DNA from: a virus
Length of the DNA: 64,000 bases
Virus record (IMG/VR): IMGVR_UViG_3300042923_001459
Span: 44,592-108,591 of that record
Direction: 5' to 3' (one strand)
The stretch's first letter is position 1. Each line of letters begins with the position of its first letter. The notes below the pieces were generated by a model, which saw nothing but the letters and a program-made list of their open reading frames with translations, did not search any database and was not told the DNA's origin. A program made the translations under genes and the position numbers. Below, one piece after another: positions 10,373-21,039 of the stretch.

Positions 10373-10690
10373 TTAGAGTAGGGGATTCTTGCTGTCTTTC
10401 TTGATACCAAATACTTCATTCACTACTTCAGAAGCAGCAGATAGAGCAGCACCAGCAATAATTGTAAAGAATACTTCGCTTGCATAGAAAGTTTCAGGTA
10501 GATCACCATTGATAGATTCAACTATTTTCTCCAAAGAATCAATCTTCTTCTCAATTTCAATTAAGCGAGCCTTGATTTCTTTTTCCTCGTCAGTCAATTC
10601 TATTTGCACATCTGGTTGTTGTTTCGACTTTGAAGCTCCTGGAAGGAGAACCAATTTCGATTTTAAGTCCTTGTCATCTTTATTGCTCAT
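10373..10690 (-). CDS. Hypothetical coiled-coil protein
   Basis: 105 aa ORF with GAGGGGG RBS. Confidence 0.65.
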   Translation of the reverse strand: MSNKDDKDLKSKLVLLPGASKSKQQPDVQIELTDEEKEIKARLIEIEKKIDSLEKIVESINGDLPETFYASEVFFTIIAGAALSAASEVVNEVFGIKKDSKNPLL

Positions 10691-10836
10691 ATAATGACCC
10701 CCTCGAGAGAAGCTAGTAAAGCCCTCTCAAGGAATAAATATCGTTATATTTGATAATTATTACTTAGCACCCTGTGAACGGTTTTAATGCTTTTTTAAAC
10801 TTTTTTCTTCATAAGAAGAACTCAATAAACCCAATA

Positions 10837-11598
10837 TCAATTATCTTGTAATACCCAAAACTTAAGTTGCTTGTTACCAAGTTTTAAGGCTTCTTGCGTA
10901 GTTGAGACGCATATGTCGACTCTGTATTTTCCTTTAATAGCTCCTCCGGTGTCTTGGGCAATTACCACACCGAATCCTTCTACATAGAACTTTGTACCGA
11001 GTTCCCAATAACGAGTATCTACCGCTATCGTCACTCCTGGTTGCGCTTTTGCACCAGAGGCAGTTTTGCCTGTGCATCCAACACATTTCGGAGTATAGAA
11101 TGAAGCATTAAAAACACCAGTGGGTTGGGTGTTTTCTATTTCATTGATGTTGTTGGTCTGGATAGGTTTCACTTTAGCCACATTTGAAGAATCAACAGAA
11201 AGATTCTTAAGTGTATTAGCTTGTTTCTCACTACCCAAGGCTATTGTTAGCCGTTTTTTTTCCAGGGCGTCACGGCGTTCCCTGTATTTTTTTGTTAAAT
11301 CCTCATTATCTACTGTTAATTGTTGTATACTTTGTTCTTGTAATGCGACCTTACTTTTTAAATCTTCAATTATCTGTTTATTAGCCGTAGATTCTTGCTT
11401 GATGATTTCAAACTGACCAACTACTTCATTCAACTGTCTCGATCTCTCTGTTAAGTCTTTGCCCATTACCCACATACTAAGTGAGGAAAACAGAATCAAC
11501 GCTGCACTGCCAATCGCAACGATATAAAATTTCTTTCGTGAAACTGGTAATGCATTTGGGTTTAATTGAGTTCTCCTATTGGCTGCCGGGTTTTTCAT
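10837..11598 (-). CDS. Membrane-anchored coiled-coil + 3D domain protein (cell-wall lytic transglycosylase-like)
   Basis: N-terminal TM, coiled coil, TASG..IAVD..LGT...AQDTGGAIKG.RVDI. Confidence 0.88.
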   Translation of the reverse strand: MKNPAANRRTQLNPNALPVSRKKFYIVAIGSAALILFSSLSMWVMGKDLTERSRQLNEVVGQFEIIKQESTANKQIIEDLKSKVALQEQSIQQLTVDNEDLTKKYRERRDALEKKRLTIALGSEKQANTLKNLSVDSSNVAKVKPIQTNNINEIENTQPTGVFNASFYTPKCVGCTGKTASGAKAQPGVTIAVDTRYWELGTKFYVEGFGVVIAQDTGGAIKGKYRVDICVSTTQEALKLGNKQLKFWVLQDN

Positions 11599-11950
11599 AC
11601 AGCACCTCCATAGGATGTTTGTGAATCATTTTTTATTTTATGATTATAAATGTCAAATATTAACTGCTAATGTCGAGACGTAAGTGTCTCTAGGATGTCC
11701 TCTAATTCACGTAGTGCATTGATATCAGTGATATCTATGAATCAATGGTTATTCACAGGGTGCATCTATAAATATAAGATCTATTATATAAGAATATAAA
11801 TAAAGAAATATAGAGAAAGATAAGAGAGAGAGGGAAGCAAGTTCCCTGTGCAATTAATGTTTTTACGTCTCGAATTCAGTCGTGTTACTATTTGATATTT
11901 GAACTTTAATAGGTTTAACCATGACTTATATTCTAGTTTTATCCTTGCAT

Positions 11951-12451
11951 CTACTTACCCTTAACTGCTCTCAACAAGTTTACGTAATCAAGAAAAGCTT
12001 TCAACTCTTTACCTTCAATTCTACTAACATTTAACTTGTTGTTCTTAAGAGGACCGCTATTTTGTATTTTGTGTATCAGATAAGAGTTTGGAAAAAAGCG
12101 ATACTCATAAATCCCAAACTTTTTAAAATCAACAAGAAATGCAACCCAAACTTTCTTACCTGTGTTTGCTTCTTTTTTTGCATAAGCTTCAACGTGACTC
12201 TTGTTTATAAGTAAACAATTTTCAGGTTCAATACCTGTATGCTGCATTGACCACATAAACTCAGATTCTAGATACTTACTGTCTACGTACATTTCATCGT
12301 ACACAAGTTCAATATCAATATCCTTCACATCTTCTTCGTTGTTGAGTTTTGATGGAACACCATTAAGATTTAATAACTCAACTAATAAATCTTCTTTGTC
12401 ATTGCCAATCTTTAATTTTTCTTCAAAGCTTCTACTATCTGATTGATACAA
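11951..12451 (-). CDS. Putative PD-(D/E)XK endonuclease-like protein
   Basis: G...E, DID...YVDSK spacing resembles PD-(D/E)XK core. Confidence 0.45.
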   Translation of the reverse strand: MYQSDSRSFEEKLKIGNDKEDLLVELLNLNGVPSKLNNEEDVKDIDIELVYDEMYVDSKYLESEFMWSMQHTGIEPENCLLINKSHVEAYAKKEANTGKKVWVAFLVDFKKFGIYEYRFFPNSYLIHKIQNSGPLKNNKLNVSRIEGKELKAFLDYVNLLRAVKGK

Positions 12452-12775
12452 GTTTATTCACATCCCTTTAAAAAGTTAATATTATTAAGCGTTAAAATAT
12501 GAATCGAGTATATTGTATGAAATTTAGCAGCTATGTTTAAATTTTATGTAAATAAGTTACGTGATTAAAAATGTTCAATTTTTGATTCTGTGGCGATATT
12601 TACATCAATATGAATGAAATAACACAGTATGTATATTTTCAAACCTCAGTTGAAATCATGTACCTAAATAATAATCATTTCCATCAGTAAAAGATGCGGA
12701 ATATGTTCACCGTCTGGTATAATCTGGTTTTTGACAAAAAAATACCCATCTTTTAATGAGATGGGATATCAGGAC

Positions 12776-13141
12776 TTATTTTTTTATATCCATAATTTTA
12801 TCAATCATTTCTTCAGAAACTGCATCAGTTATGTCAAGCTCAATCTCAACACCATTTTGCACAAATAGTTGTACAGCAATTGTTACGCAATTAGAACAAA
12901 TAAGGGGTTCATTTTTTTCACTTAAAGAAACTACTGGTTTTTCGTTAGTTCCAATAGTTCCACAAAATGAACACGAATGAAATGAACTTTGCAAACCTTC
13001 AAGTCCAGCAGTTCCTCCATATAGTGGTAAAATTTGTCCATCTTCAAATTCAACAAAAGTCATTTGTCCATCTTGTTTGATGTCCTTTACTGGTTGTTTC
13101 ATTAATATTGTAAGTTCTTTTATTCTTTCCTCATCTAACAT
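12776..13141 (-). CDS. ClpX-type C4 zinc-finger protein
   Basis: CSFCG-x16-ICSNCV matches the ClpX N-terminal zinc-binding domain; start MLDEE after GGAAGA. Confidence 0.7.
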   Translation of the reverse strand: MLDEERIKELTILMKQPVKDIKQDGQMTFVEFEDGQILPLYGGTAGLEGLQSSFHSCSFCGTIGTNEKPVVSLSEKNEPLICSNCVTIAVQLFVQNGVEIELDITDAVSEEMIDKIMDIKK

Positions 13142-13142
13142 A

Positions 13143-13412
13143 TCACATCTTCCTTCCAAGTATAGAATTTAACATTGAATCAACTTGGTTAGAACCATTT
13201 GAGTTCTTTAAAATGGTCTGTGTTACTGTTAATTCATTAAGCACTCTAGAAAGTTGAAGCATAATTGAACTAGCTTCTATTAGATTTTCAAACTTATAGT
13301 TCTTGTCATTTCTATTATCTTCCATAGAACACTTACGAGACAACAATTCTATTTGTTTTACTATGGCATTTATAGCTAAATCAATTTGATCTTGCTGCGA
13401 CTCCAAACTCAT
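13143..13412 (-). CDS. Hypothetical protein
   Basis: 89 aa helical ORF in operon. Confidence 0.65.
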   Translation of the reverse strand: MSLESQQDQIDLAINAIVKQIELLSRKCSMEDNRNDKNYKFENLIEASSIMLQLSRVLNELTVTQTILKNSNGSNQVDSMLNSILGRKM

Positions 13413-13427
13413 TTTTAACTTCCCTTC

Positions 13428-14183
13428 TTACTTGTTGTTAAAAGTTTTAATAAAACATCCAGTATATTCATTGACGCTACTATCATTGCGTGTTATTTTA
13501 GCAGAAATAACGTCATAATCCAAAACATCACTAGTGTTTAAAATAATATTAACTAAATCAGTAGAAATTACATATGAAATTATCTTTGAAAGTTTAACAT
13601 CAGTATTATCATCAAAAACAACAATTAATTTGTTCGTAATTAAATCAAATCTAATGTTGCCAAAATGAGTTCCGTCCTTAACAATATCTGCTTCTACTAT
13701 AGATGTTTTTAATATATCATATTCAAAGACTTCATCATTGTAAACAAGGAATTTACCAATAATATCTGAAGCATTACCCTGAATATTTAATTTAAAATTC
13801 TTAAAAAGAGATAAATCAATACTTTTTAAAGAACTTTCATCCTGTAGCACTGAAAATCCAATATTTATTTTGTTATTTTCAATCACTGAAGCAAAAATTC
13901 TTGAAAAAGCTAAACTAGCACAATTAAAACACCAGTAAGTATTTCTAACTTCATCAATTAAAAGCTTATCTAAAAATCCATCAACATTGTTTTTGTAGTA
14001 GAAATCTTGCGCTCCTAAATTTTGATGTTGTGCAAATCCCCATCCATTATGAAGAGATAAAGGTGATAATATTCCTTGTTTCATTTGACTTTCTACACCT
14101 TCACAAAAAATGCAAACAATTGCATCTTCACCATTTGCGTTAGCTGCGATCAAGTTTCTACTTTGTATAGGTTTTGAAATCAT
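13428..14183 (-). CDS. Hypothetical protein with CxxC pairs
   Basis: CIFC ... CFNC, 251 aa. Confidence 0.65.
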   Translation of the reverse strand: MISKPIQSRNLIAANANGEDAIVCIFCEGVESQMKQGILSPLSLHNGWGFAQHQNLGAQDFYYKNNVDGFLDKLLIDEVRNTYWCFNCASLAFSRIFASVIENNKINIGFSVLQDESSLKSIDLSLFKNFKLNIQGNASDIIGKFLVYNDEVFEYDILKTSIVEADIVKDGTHFGNIRFDLITNKLIVVFDDNTDVKLSKIISYVISTDLVNIILNTSDVLDYDVISAKITRNDSSVNEYTGCFIKTFNNK

Positions 14184-14200
14184 AACAATTCAACTCCAAA

Positions 14201-14497
14201 TTACTTCTTTTTCTTTTGTTTTTCTAATTCTTTAATTTGATCATCTGTCAGAGTCTTAAGTTGTTTCGTATCATCACCATCTATATCGGACTGATGTTTA
14301 ATGATTACTTTGTAACCTGCAGCGCCAAGCAATTGCTTTGCTAATTGTAGTGAAATTTCTGCGTCTTCATTTTTCAAACGAGAAATCCAAGACTTAGAAA
14401 CATCAGCTTTTTTGGCAAATTGAGTAACAGTAATACCGTTTTGATAGCAATAAGTTCTTACGATTCTTATAATATCTTTTGTGGTAGGTTGAATCAT
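14201..14497 (-). CDS. XRE/Cro-family HTH regulator
   Basis: ITVTQFAKKADVSKSWISRLKN HTH. Confidence 0.85.
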   Translation of the reverse strand: MIQPTTKDIIRIVRTYCYQNGITVTQFAKKADVSKSWISRLKNEDAEISLQLAKQLLGAAGYKVIIKHQSDIDGDDTKQLKTLTDDQIKELEKQKKKK

Positions 14498-14596
14498 GAA
14501 CTACAACTCCTTTTTTTATATAGATAAAATAATTGATTTGCTTAATAATAACAAAAAAAATCAAAAACCCTACACAACGTAGGGTTATACATATTG

Positions 14597-17152
14597 TTAT
14601 ACAACTGATTTGTTCTTCTGCCTAAAGTCTGTTAACTTCGGTAAGAGCTCGTTATACCATTTTTCCTCATCTTGATGATTATAATCTCTCTTAGTATTGT
14701 TGAGCGTAATTTCGGGGAACCAACCCATAGCAACAGCCTTGTTAAATGTATATTCTGCTACTGGGTTTATGAATGTTCTACCAAGTCTCCAATTTTGATA
14801 TTGAGAATTGTATTCTTCTGAAAATGTTTTATATAAGAGCATAGCAACTCCATTTTTTCTATATTGCTCTTGTACTTCAACATAATTAATGTAGATGTAT
14901 TCATGTTCAGGATAGATTTCATACTTCATATCTCCAAGCATTTCTCCATCTCTAAAGATCTCAATTTTACGTCCTCTATTATTAATTTCTTTTTTCTGAA
15001 CATCAATTGGACCAACTGCAACTTCGGATGCAAATTTACGCAATCTGTAATCATTACCTTTAGCCCAATATTCAGGACCTTTATACTGTTCTGGCAACTT
15101 ATTACGTAAGTCATTCCAAACTTCGTCTGGGTTTGTTTTAAGGCTTTTATTATATCGATCTCTCTTCACATACTTATCATCTATTGAAGTTTCATTTATC
15201 CAACCTAAACTTACAGCTTTTCTAAATGCATATTCAGCTATTGGATTAATATAGTATCTAGAAACCGGCCAATCACTAAAGTTAGAATTGTAGATTTCAC
15301 CAAACTTTTTGTAAAGTAGTTGTCCAACACCATAACTTCTATATTCTTCCTTTACTTGGACTTCATCTACGTGAATAATATTGCTGCCAGGTGGTAAATC
15401 CCTAAGACTTCTATTGTTTTCGTGAATATATTTAGGGTTTTCAACATTGTAAAAAGCTGAAAAATACATATTTCCAATATTAATACCATTAGATAATTTA
15501 GCGTTTATTGAATAGTCAACTTGTTTTTCGGCACCAACATAATCTCCATCTTCTTCTGACTCAGTATAAGATAGTACAATGTTTCTCATATCAATTTCTG
15601 ACAAATCAGCTAATTTAAATAGTTTTTTCAATCTAGAACTACCTCTATACATTGGAGGAAGTTTCTTTCTCAAATCCTTCCAAAGCGTTTTATCTTTTTT
15701 ATCATAATTGCGCTTTAATTTATCATCATTTAAAGCCCATCCAGAAATCCACCCTAATGAAATAGCTTTACGATAAGAATATTCAGCTATAGGGTTATGA
15801 AAATCTACAGAAACTGGGAGACGATCAAATTGTTGTTGATAAATTTCACCAAATTTCTGAAGAAGTAATTGACCAATACCAAGGCTTTGATATTGTTCAG
15901 TAACTTTAATTAAATCGATATGAACTTTATCTCTTCCTGCATAGGCACTATTTGTATCATAAACGTAAGCTGTAAATCTTATGCTTCCCACTTCTTCACC
16001 ATTAAGTTGTGCATAAACCATGTGGGTGTCCATTGTTAAGCCATTGTCATAAGTTGAACTACCAATAGAACCTCCATCTTCAAGTATTATGCCAGACCTA
16101 ATATCGGTCACGCTTAGATCTGAAGCTAGTTTACGTAAATCTTTTTTCATACTAGCCTCCGGCCCTCTAACATGTTCTGGAAGTTTTTGTCTTAAATCAT
16201 TCCAAAGCGCTTTATTTTTTGTACTATAGTCACGAATTATCTTTTCTTCAGAAAGAGCCATATCTGGAACCCAGCCAAGAGATACTGCTTTTCTAAAGGA
16301 ATATTCAGCAACAGGATTTACAAATTGTCTACCAACTGCCCAACCATTAAATTGTTCAGTGTACATCTCACCAAATTTTTTGTAAAGCATTTGGCCTACG
16401 CCAGCTCCTTCAAAATATTGTTGCACATACAAAAACGAAACATATAATTCTGGTTCAGTATAATCTTTAGCTTCTTCTTTTGGAACATACTTTGAAAAAT
16501 CCAAATAACCAATTTGACTTCCAGCGTACATAGCGGAAATTTCATAACTAGATCTAAGTGTTTGTCCCCAGTCTTTTTCTTCACTAGGACCAGAAACTTC
16601 AAATTGAATACCTTGTCGTAAGTCAATTTTTTCATCATCACTTATGGCAATTTTTTTCAATCTTGAAAATCTACTAGCATGTAAATTTTCTGGTAATTTT
16701 TGTTTTAAGTCATTCCATTGTTGCTCTTTTTTATCATCATAACTTCTAGTTGTTCTCTCTGGAGTATAAGCTTGATTTGGTACCCAACCTTGATCTACTG
16801 CTTTTTTAAAAGAATATTCAGCAATGGGACTCTCAAAGTGTCTTTCAACTTCCCAGTCCATAAAGTTTTGGCTATACACTTCACCAAATTTTTTGTAAAG
16901 CATACCACTAATTCCAGTTCCACGATACTCAGATTCAACTTTGATATAAGCAAGGTATAGAATATCTTCCTCGTTGCCATTTTCATCTAGTTGCGAAACT
17001 TGATTGAAATCTAAAGCGCCAATTTCGCCTCCATTGTACATAGCTTCAATTCTATGCATAGTCATGTAGTATCCATCTTCAGGATCACTATCACTACCAA
17101 CATTAGGTGAGTAATCAATTCTAACTTTTCTAATGTCAAACTGATCAGACAT
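14597..17152 (-). CDS. Protein with five tandem GNAT-like acetyltransferase domains
   Basis: Five ~165 aa repeats with V..EYR..G(I/V)G..LYKKFGE.Y and NP(I/V)AEY.F.KA. Confidence 0.8.
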   Translation of the reverse strand: MSDQFDIRKVRIDYSPNVGSDSDPEDGYYMTMHRIEAMYNGGEIGALDFNQVSQLDENGNEEDILYLAYIKVESEYRGTGISGMLYKKFGEVYSQNFMDWEVERHFESPIAEYSFKKAVDQGWVPNQAYTPERTTRSYDDKKEQQWNDLKQKLPENLHASRFSRLKKIAISDDEKIDLRQGIQFEVSGPSEEKDWGQTLRSSYEISAMYAGSQIGYLDFSKYVPKEEAKDYTEPELYVSFLYVQQYFEGAGVGQMLYKKFGEMYTEQFNGWAVGRQFVNPVAEYSFRKAVSLGWVPDMALSEEKIIRDYSTKNKALWNDLRQKLPEHVRGPEASMKKDLRKLASDLSVTDIRSGIILEDGGSIGSSTYDNGLTMDTHMVYAQLNGEEVGSIRFTAYVYDTNSAYAGRDKVHIDLIKVTEQYQSLGIGQLLLQKFGEIYQQQFDRLPVSVDFHNPIAEYSYRKAISLGWISGWALNDDKLKRNYDKKDKTLWKDLRKKLPPMYRGSSRLKKLFKLADLSEIDMRNIVLSYTESEEDGDYVGAEKQVDYSINAKLSNGINIGNMYFSAFYNVENPKYIHENNRSLRDLPPGSNIIHVDEVQVKEEYRSYGVGQLLYKKFGEIYNSNFSDWPVSRYYINPIAEYAFRKAVSLGWINETSIDDKYVKRDRYNKSLKTNPDEVWNDLRNKLPEQYKGPEYWAKGNDYRLRKFASEVAVGPIDVQKKEINNRGRKIEIFRDGEMLGDMKYEIYPEHEYIYINYVEVQEQYRKNGVAMLLYKTFSEEYNSQYQNWRLGRTFINPVAEYTFNKAVAMGWFPEITLNNTKRDYNHQDEEKWYNELLPKLTDFRQKNKSVV

Positions 17153-17171
17153 TTATTACACCCTCTTTTGA

Positions 17172-17660
17172 TTAAGAATATTTAAGTTTTCTTTTTAGTC
17201 TTTTAGCACCTCTATATTGTTCAGGCACCTTTTCTCTTAAATCTTGCCATTGTTGTTTTTGTTGATCGTCGTAATTTCTATTTACGTTGTTTTCATCTAA
17301 GGCTGAAGATGGTATCAATCCACCAGAAATTAAATTTCTAAATGCTAATTCAAATTCTGGATCGTGAAAGTTTAAAATTACCTTCCAACCCGTGTAATTA
17401 GCTTCAAATTCCTTACCAAATTCATCCATTAACATTTCTTCTAAATCATAATCTCTGTATTTTTCACTAATAAGACATTCATCTACGGATAAAACACCTT
17501 TAGATGCTTCTGTAAATTCAACGTGACCAACTTCTTTGCCGTTATAGATAGACGAAATTCTATGATCTTTTGAACCAAAAGTACCTTGATGATCAAAATA
17601 AATTTGAGCTTGAAACTGTTCTATGTTTGACGGTGCTGCAACCTTTCTAAGTTTACTCAT
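17172..17660 (-). CDS. Single degenerate GNAT-like domain protein
   Basis: Start reassigned to MSKLRKVA; homologous to neighbours but motif A reads YRDYDLEE. Confidence 0.7.
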   Translation of the reverse strand: MSKLRKVAAPSNIEQFQAQIYFDHQGTFGSKDHRISSIYNGKEVGHVEFTEASKGVLSVDECLISEKYRDYDLEEMLMDEFGKEFEANYTGWKVILNFHDPEFELAFRNLISGGLIPSSALDENNVNRNYDDQQKQQWQDLREKVPEQYRGAKRLKRKLKYS

Positions 17661-19815
17661 TTTTATCACCCTTATCCCTATAATCTTTTCTTTCAATACT
17701 TTTCTTAAACTTCTTTTTCTCTTTTGCTGGTAACCAATCAAATAAATCTTTAGCAATTTGTTTTTCATGTTCATCATATTGACGCGCTATTAAATCATCA
17801 TTATATGCAGTTTCAGGGATATTTCCCTTATCGACTTCTTCTTTAAATACATATTCTGCTATAGGGTTTGCAAAAACTTGAGCAACTGGCCAATCCATAA
17901 AATCTTGCTTGTAAATTTCTCCAAACTTCTCATATAATTTCTTGCCAATTCCATAACCTCTGTACTCACTATTCACAAGAACGTTGTTTACATATAACAT
18001 TTCATCATAATGCTTGTTTTCAAGAGAAGTATGAACATCTTTAGCTGTTACATTATGAAATTCTGAAAAGTGCATGTAACCAATTTGAGAACCATAATAA
18101 TCACAATAAATTTCGTGATCAACTACATGATCTGCTCCATTCTTGTTTTCTTCTCTTGGGATATTTTGAACATCAATTTCTATGTGATTCCATTCAATGT
18201 CTGGTTTATCATCTTTTTTTTCTTCACCATCATATGAGTCAGAAACATAATTAACTGCATTTTCTTTTTTGAGCAATCTTTTTGTCAATTTAGCCCAAGT
18301 CTCAGGGCCCTTTAAATTGTCTGGAAGTTTATTTCTTAAATCGGTTATTGTTTGTGAATCATAATTTTTATAATCCCTAGTGATCATTGGTTCAGTTAAT
18401 GCTGATTCTGGCACAAAACCTTTTGAAACTGAATTTCTAAAAGCGTATTCAGCTACTGGATTCATAAAATGCCTTTCAACAGGCCAACCATTAAACTTTT
18501 CACTATAAATTTCTCCAAATTTTTTGTAAATTTCATACGCTAGACCTTGATTTTGATATTTTGGATCAACCTCAAGTTGAATAATTTCAATATATTTTCC
18601 ATTAGTATCAGCAGTGAAGGCTAAGAATCCAGCGTGATCACCATTTACAAGCAAAGTAATGTCATTTGTTGAACTAGTTCCCCAATCTTCAAAGAAATAG
18701 GTTGTTTCAATATTTTGTTCCTCTGATTTTCTAATCATACGAAGTCTTTTAATTTTTGACCATGTTTCAGGACCTTGAACATGTTCTGGTAACTTATTGC
18801 GTAAATCTTTTGCTAGATTTCTTTCAGTATCGGTATATACTCTTGCAATGTCATCTTCTTGTAATGCTTCTTGGGGAACCCAACCTAATCCAACAGCTTT
18901 TCTAAATGAATATTCTGCTATAGGGTTAATAAAAAAACGTTTAACTTTTGTGCCCATATATTTTTGTGAGTAAATATTTCCAAATTCTTTATACAATAAT
19001 TGCCCAATTCCTAAATTTCGATATTTATCATCAACGTCTACTGAATCAATTTCAATATGATTATCGCTTCCGACTATTTTAAAGTCCATTTCTCCAACTT
19101 TTTGTCCATTCAATTTAGCGGTAATGTAATTATGATAATTCCAATTGGAGAATTCAAATTGTATATTTCTTAAATCAACTTTTTCTTCTTCAGCTGTTTT
19201 TAGAAGTTTAATTTTTTTCAGTCTTGATTGAATTTCTGGACCACGATATTGTTCTGGCAATTTTTGTCTTAAATCTTGCCAAAGTTGTGTTCTATTATCG
19301 TTTTCATCTAGTGGTTTATTGTATCCTCTATTGATATATTGTTCAGTTAACGCATTTTCACTAATTAATCCATTTGCAACCGCTTTTCTAAATGAATATT
19401 CTGCGACTGGATTTACAAAGTATCTAGCAACAGGCCAACCGTTGAATTGTTCATTGTAGATTTTTCCAAACTCTTCATATATCTTATAGCCAATTCCAGC
19501 CTGTCTATATTCTTCGTTTACTTCAACATTGTTTACATATAAAGCACGATCAACAATATTGTAGTCATCTGGACCTGGCTCTCTTTCCATCAATATCTCA
19601 TATGGAACGTTCTCAACATCTATGAAATCCATGTATCCAACTTGTGTTCCGCTTATTGTAGTAATTGTAATTTTATGTTGATTCATTGAGGTGACACCAA
19701 ATTCTGATTGAGCATCTGCGAATTCATCAGAAACTCTCACCATATGATTCACTGCTAGATTACGTAAATCATCACCTGTATCTGATGCTTTTTTTTCCAT
19801 CATCCTATAGTCCAT
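17653..19815 (-). CDS. Protein with four tandem GNAT-like acetyltransferase domains
   Basis: YRQAGIG, YRNLGIG, YQNQGLA, YRGYGIG motif-A copies in four repeats. Confidence 0.8.
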   Translation of the reverse strand: MDYRMMEKKASDTGDDLRNLAVNHMVRVSDEFADAQSEFGVTSMNQHKITITTISGTQVGYMDFIDVENVPYEILMEREPGPDDYNIVDRALYVNNVEVNEEYRQAGIGYKIYEEFGKIYNEQFNGWPVARYFVNPVAEYSFRKAVANGLISENALTEQYINRGYNKPLDENDNRTQLWQDLRQKLPEQYRGPEIQSRLKKIKLLKTAEEEKVDLRNIQFEFSNWNYHNYITAKLNGQKVGEMDFKIVGSDNHIEIDSVDVDDKYRNLGIGQLLYKEFGNIYSQKYMGTKVKRFFINPIAEYSFRKAVGLGWVPQEALQEDDIARVYTDTERNLAKDLRNKLPEHVQGPETWSKIKRLRMIRKSEEQNIETTYFFEDWGTSSTNDITLLVNGDHAGFLAFTADTNGKYIEIIQLEVDPKYQNQGLAYEIYKKFGEIYSEKFNGWPVERHFMNPVAEYAFRNSVSKGFVPESALTEPMITRDYKNYDSQTITDLRNKLPDNLKGPETWAKLTKRLLKKENAVNYVSDSYDGEEKKDDKPDIEWNHIEIDVQNIPREENKNGADHVVDHEIYCDYYGSQIGYMHFSEFHNVTAKDVHTSLENKHYDEMLYVNNVLVNSEYRGYGIGKKLYEKFGEIYKQDFMDWPVAQVFANPIAEYVFKEEVDKGNIPETAYNDDLIARQYDEHEKQIAKDLFDWLPAKEKKKFKKSIERKDYRDKGDKNE

Positions 19816-20394
19816 TGTTCCTCCGCCTTTTTAAAGTTTTGGCCCCGCGAGTTTGAGACCCTGAAGTCTGAGCCCACATCCATTAGTCTTATTCTATATA
19901 CTTTTTCTTTATTTCTAAATTCTATTTATTTTAGCTTTTTTCCACAATTCACCCTTTTAGCCTTGATGCACTCCACGCGAGCGAGCTGAAAGCGAAGCGA
20001 GAGGCCGGAGGCCTGGGGTATTTTGAGTCTCGGGACTCGCGATAGAAGAAAGAGTAGAAAGACAGCTTTATTGTCTCCCTTAAGGTTACATGTTTATTAT
20101 ACAAAGTTCTGATCGAGACAGTAAAAATGGCCGCTTTCGCGGCCAAAAGTTTATTTTTTCTTGTTGTAAAAAAATTGTGTCGTTGAAATAATTCCACCAA
20201 AGCAAAAAGATAAAACAAGCAATGGCTCAATTTGTAAAACGCTGCCTAGAACACAAACAGTAGCTACGGCGCTAAAAGCGCTAAATGAATCAAATCCTTG
20301 CAGCAAACCGGATAATTTGAGCATTTTCAATATCCCCTTCTAAGGTTCTTTATAAATTCTATACAGAAAAGCATATTTTTTTATTACATATTTT

Positions 20395-20740
20395 AAAAAA
20401 AGACCAATAGAACTTAACAGGCATAATCGGGTCTATAGATAAAACTGAAAACTTTACTTCAGCTATCTATAGAAAAACTAATTGATCTATCTATAGATAA
20501 AATGAAAAGTATTCTATAGACATAATAGTTAAAGCCTGAATAGTTCTATCGGTCTTTTTGTTCTTTCTATCTATAGGTTAAAACGAGCTATCTATAGATA
20601 AAGGAGCATAGTCTATTCTATAGATAAAATTGTTTGATCTATCTATAGAATCTATCTATAGTAGAAAATTTATCTATTCTGATTTACTATCTAATAATTC
20701 CTTAAGTTGTGTAGGAAGTATCTTATGGCTCCATAGTTCT
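20395..20740. repeat. Cluster of (AT)CTATAG palindromic repeats with an inverted repeat
   Basis: CTATAG at about 20433, 20467, 20491, 20514, 20571, 20593, 20618, 20643, 20656, 20738; arms AAAAAGACCAATAGAACT / AGTTCTATCGGTCTTTTT. Confidence 0.75.
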
Positions 20741-21039
20741 ATAGCTCGTCTAACCGCCTTTGTCTTTAATTTATTCTCGGTTAAATGTATTTGTGTTTCC
20801 CATGAATTACCTAACATTGCTATTACTACTGGTGGTTTCTTTACTACAGTGCTGTACGTATGGATTAGTTCTCTTGTTGCGGGGAGGGCTTCTTCTCCCC
20901 CGGCCATTGTCTCATAGAGTCTTACTTCTACCAGTGCTATCTTGCCAAAAATCCATTCTGGATCCTGCTCTATTCTAACATCCATTTCATATTCATAGAA
21001 ATCGTTTATCTTCTCTAAGATGTTCTTTACCATTTCCAC
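20674..21039 (-). CDS. Hypothetical protein
   Basis: 121 aa ORF with GGAG RBS. Confidence 0.55.
   Translation of the reverse strand: MEMVKNILEKINDFYEYEMDVRIEQDPEWIFGKIALVEVRLYETMAGGEEALPATRELIHTYSTVVKKPPVVIAMLGNSWETQIHLTENKLKTKAVRRAIELWSHKILPTQLKELLDSKSE

Noticed and set aside
17661-17777. N-terminal extension of the 201 aa ORF
   Set aside because: Overlaps the upstream GNAT gene; MSKLRKVA at 17660 has an RBS and fits the repeat register
19949-20230. 93 aa minus-strand ORF
   Set aside because: TTG start without RBS, atypical composition, lies in a hairpin-rich non-coding region
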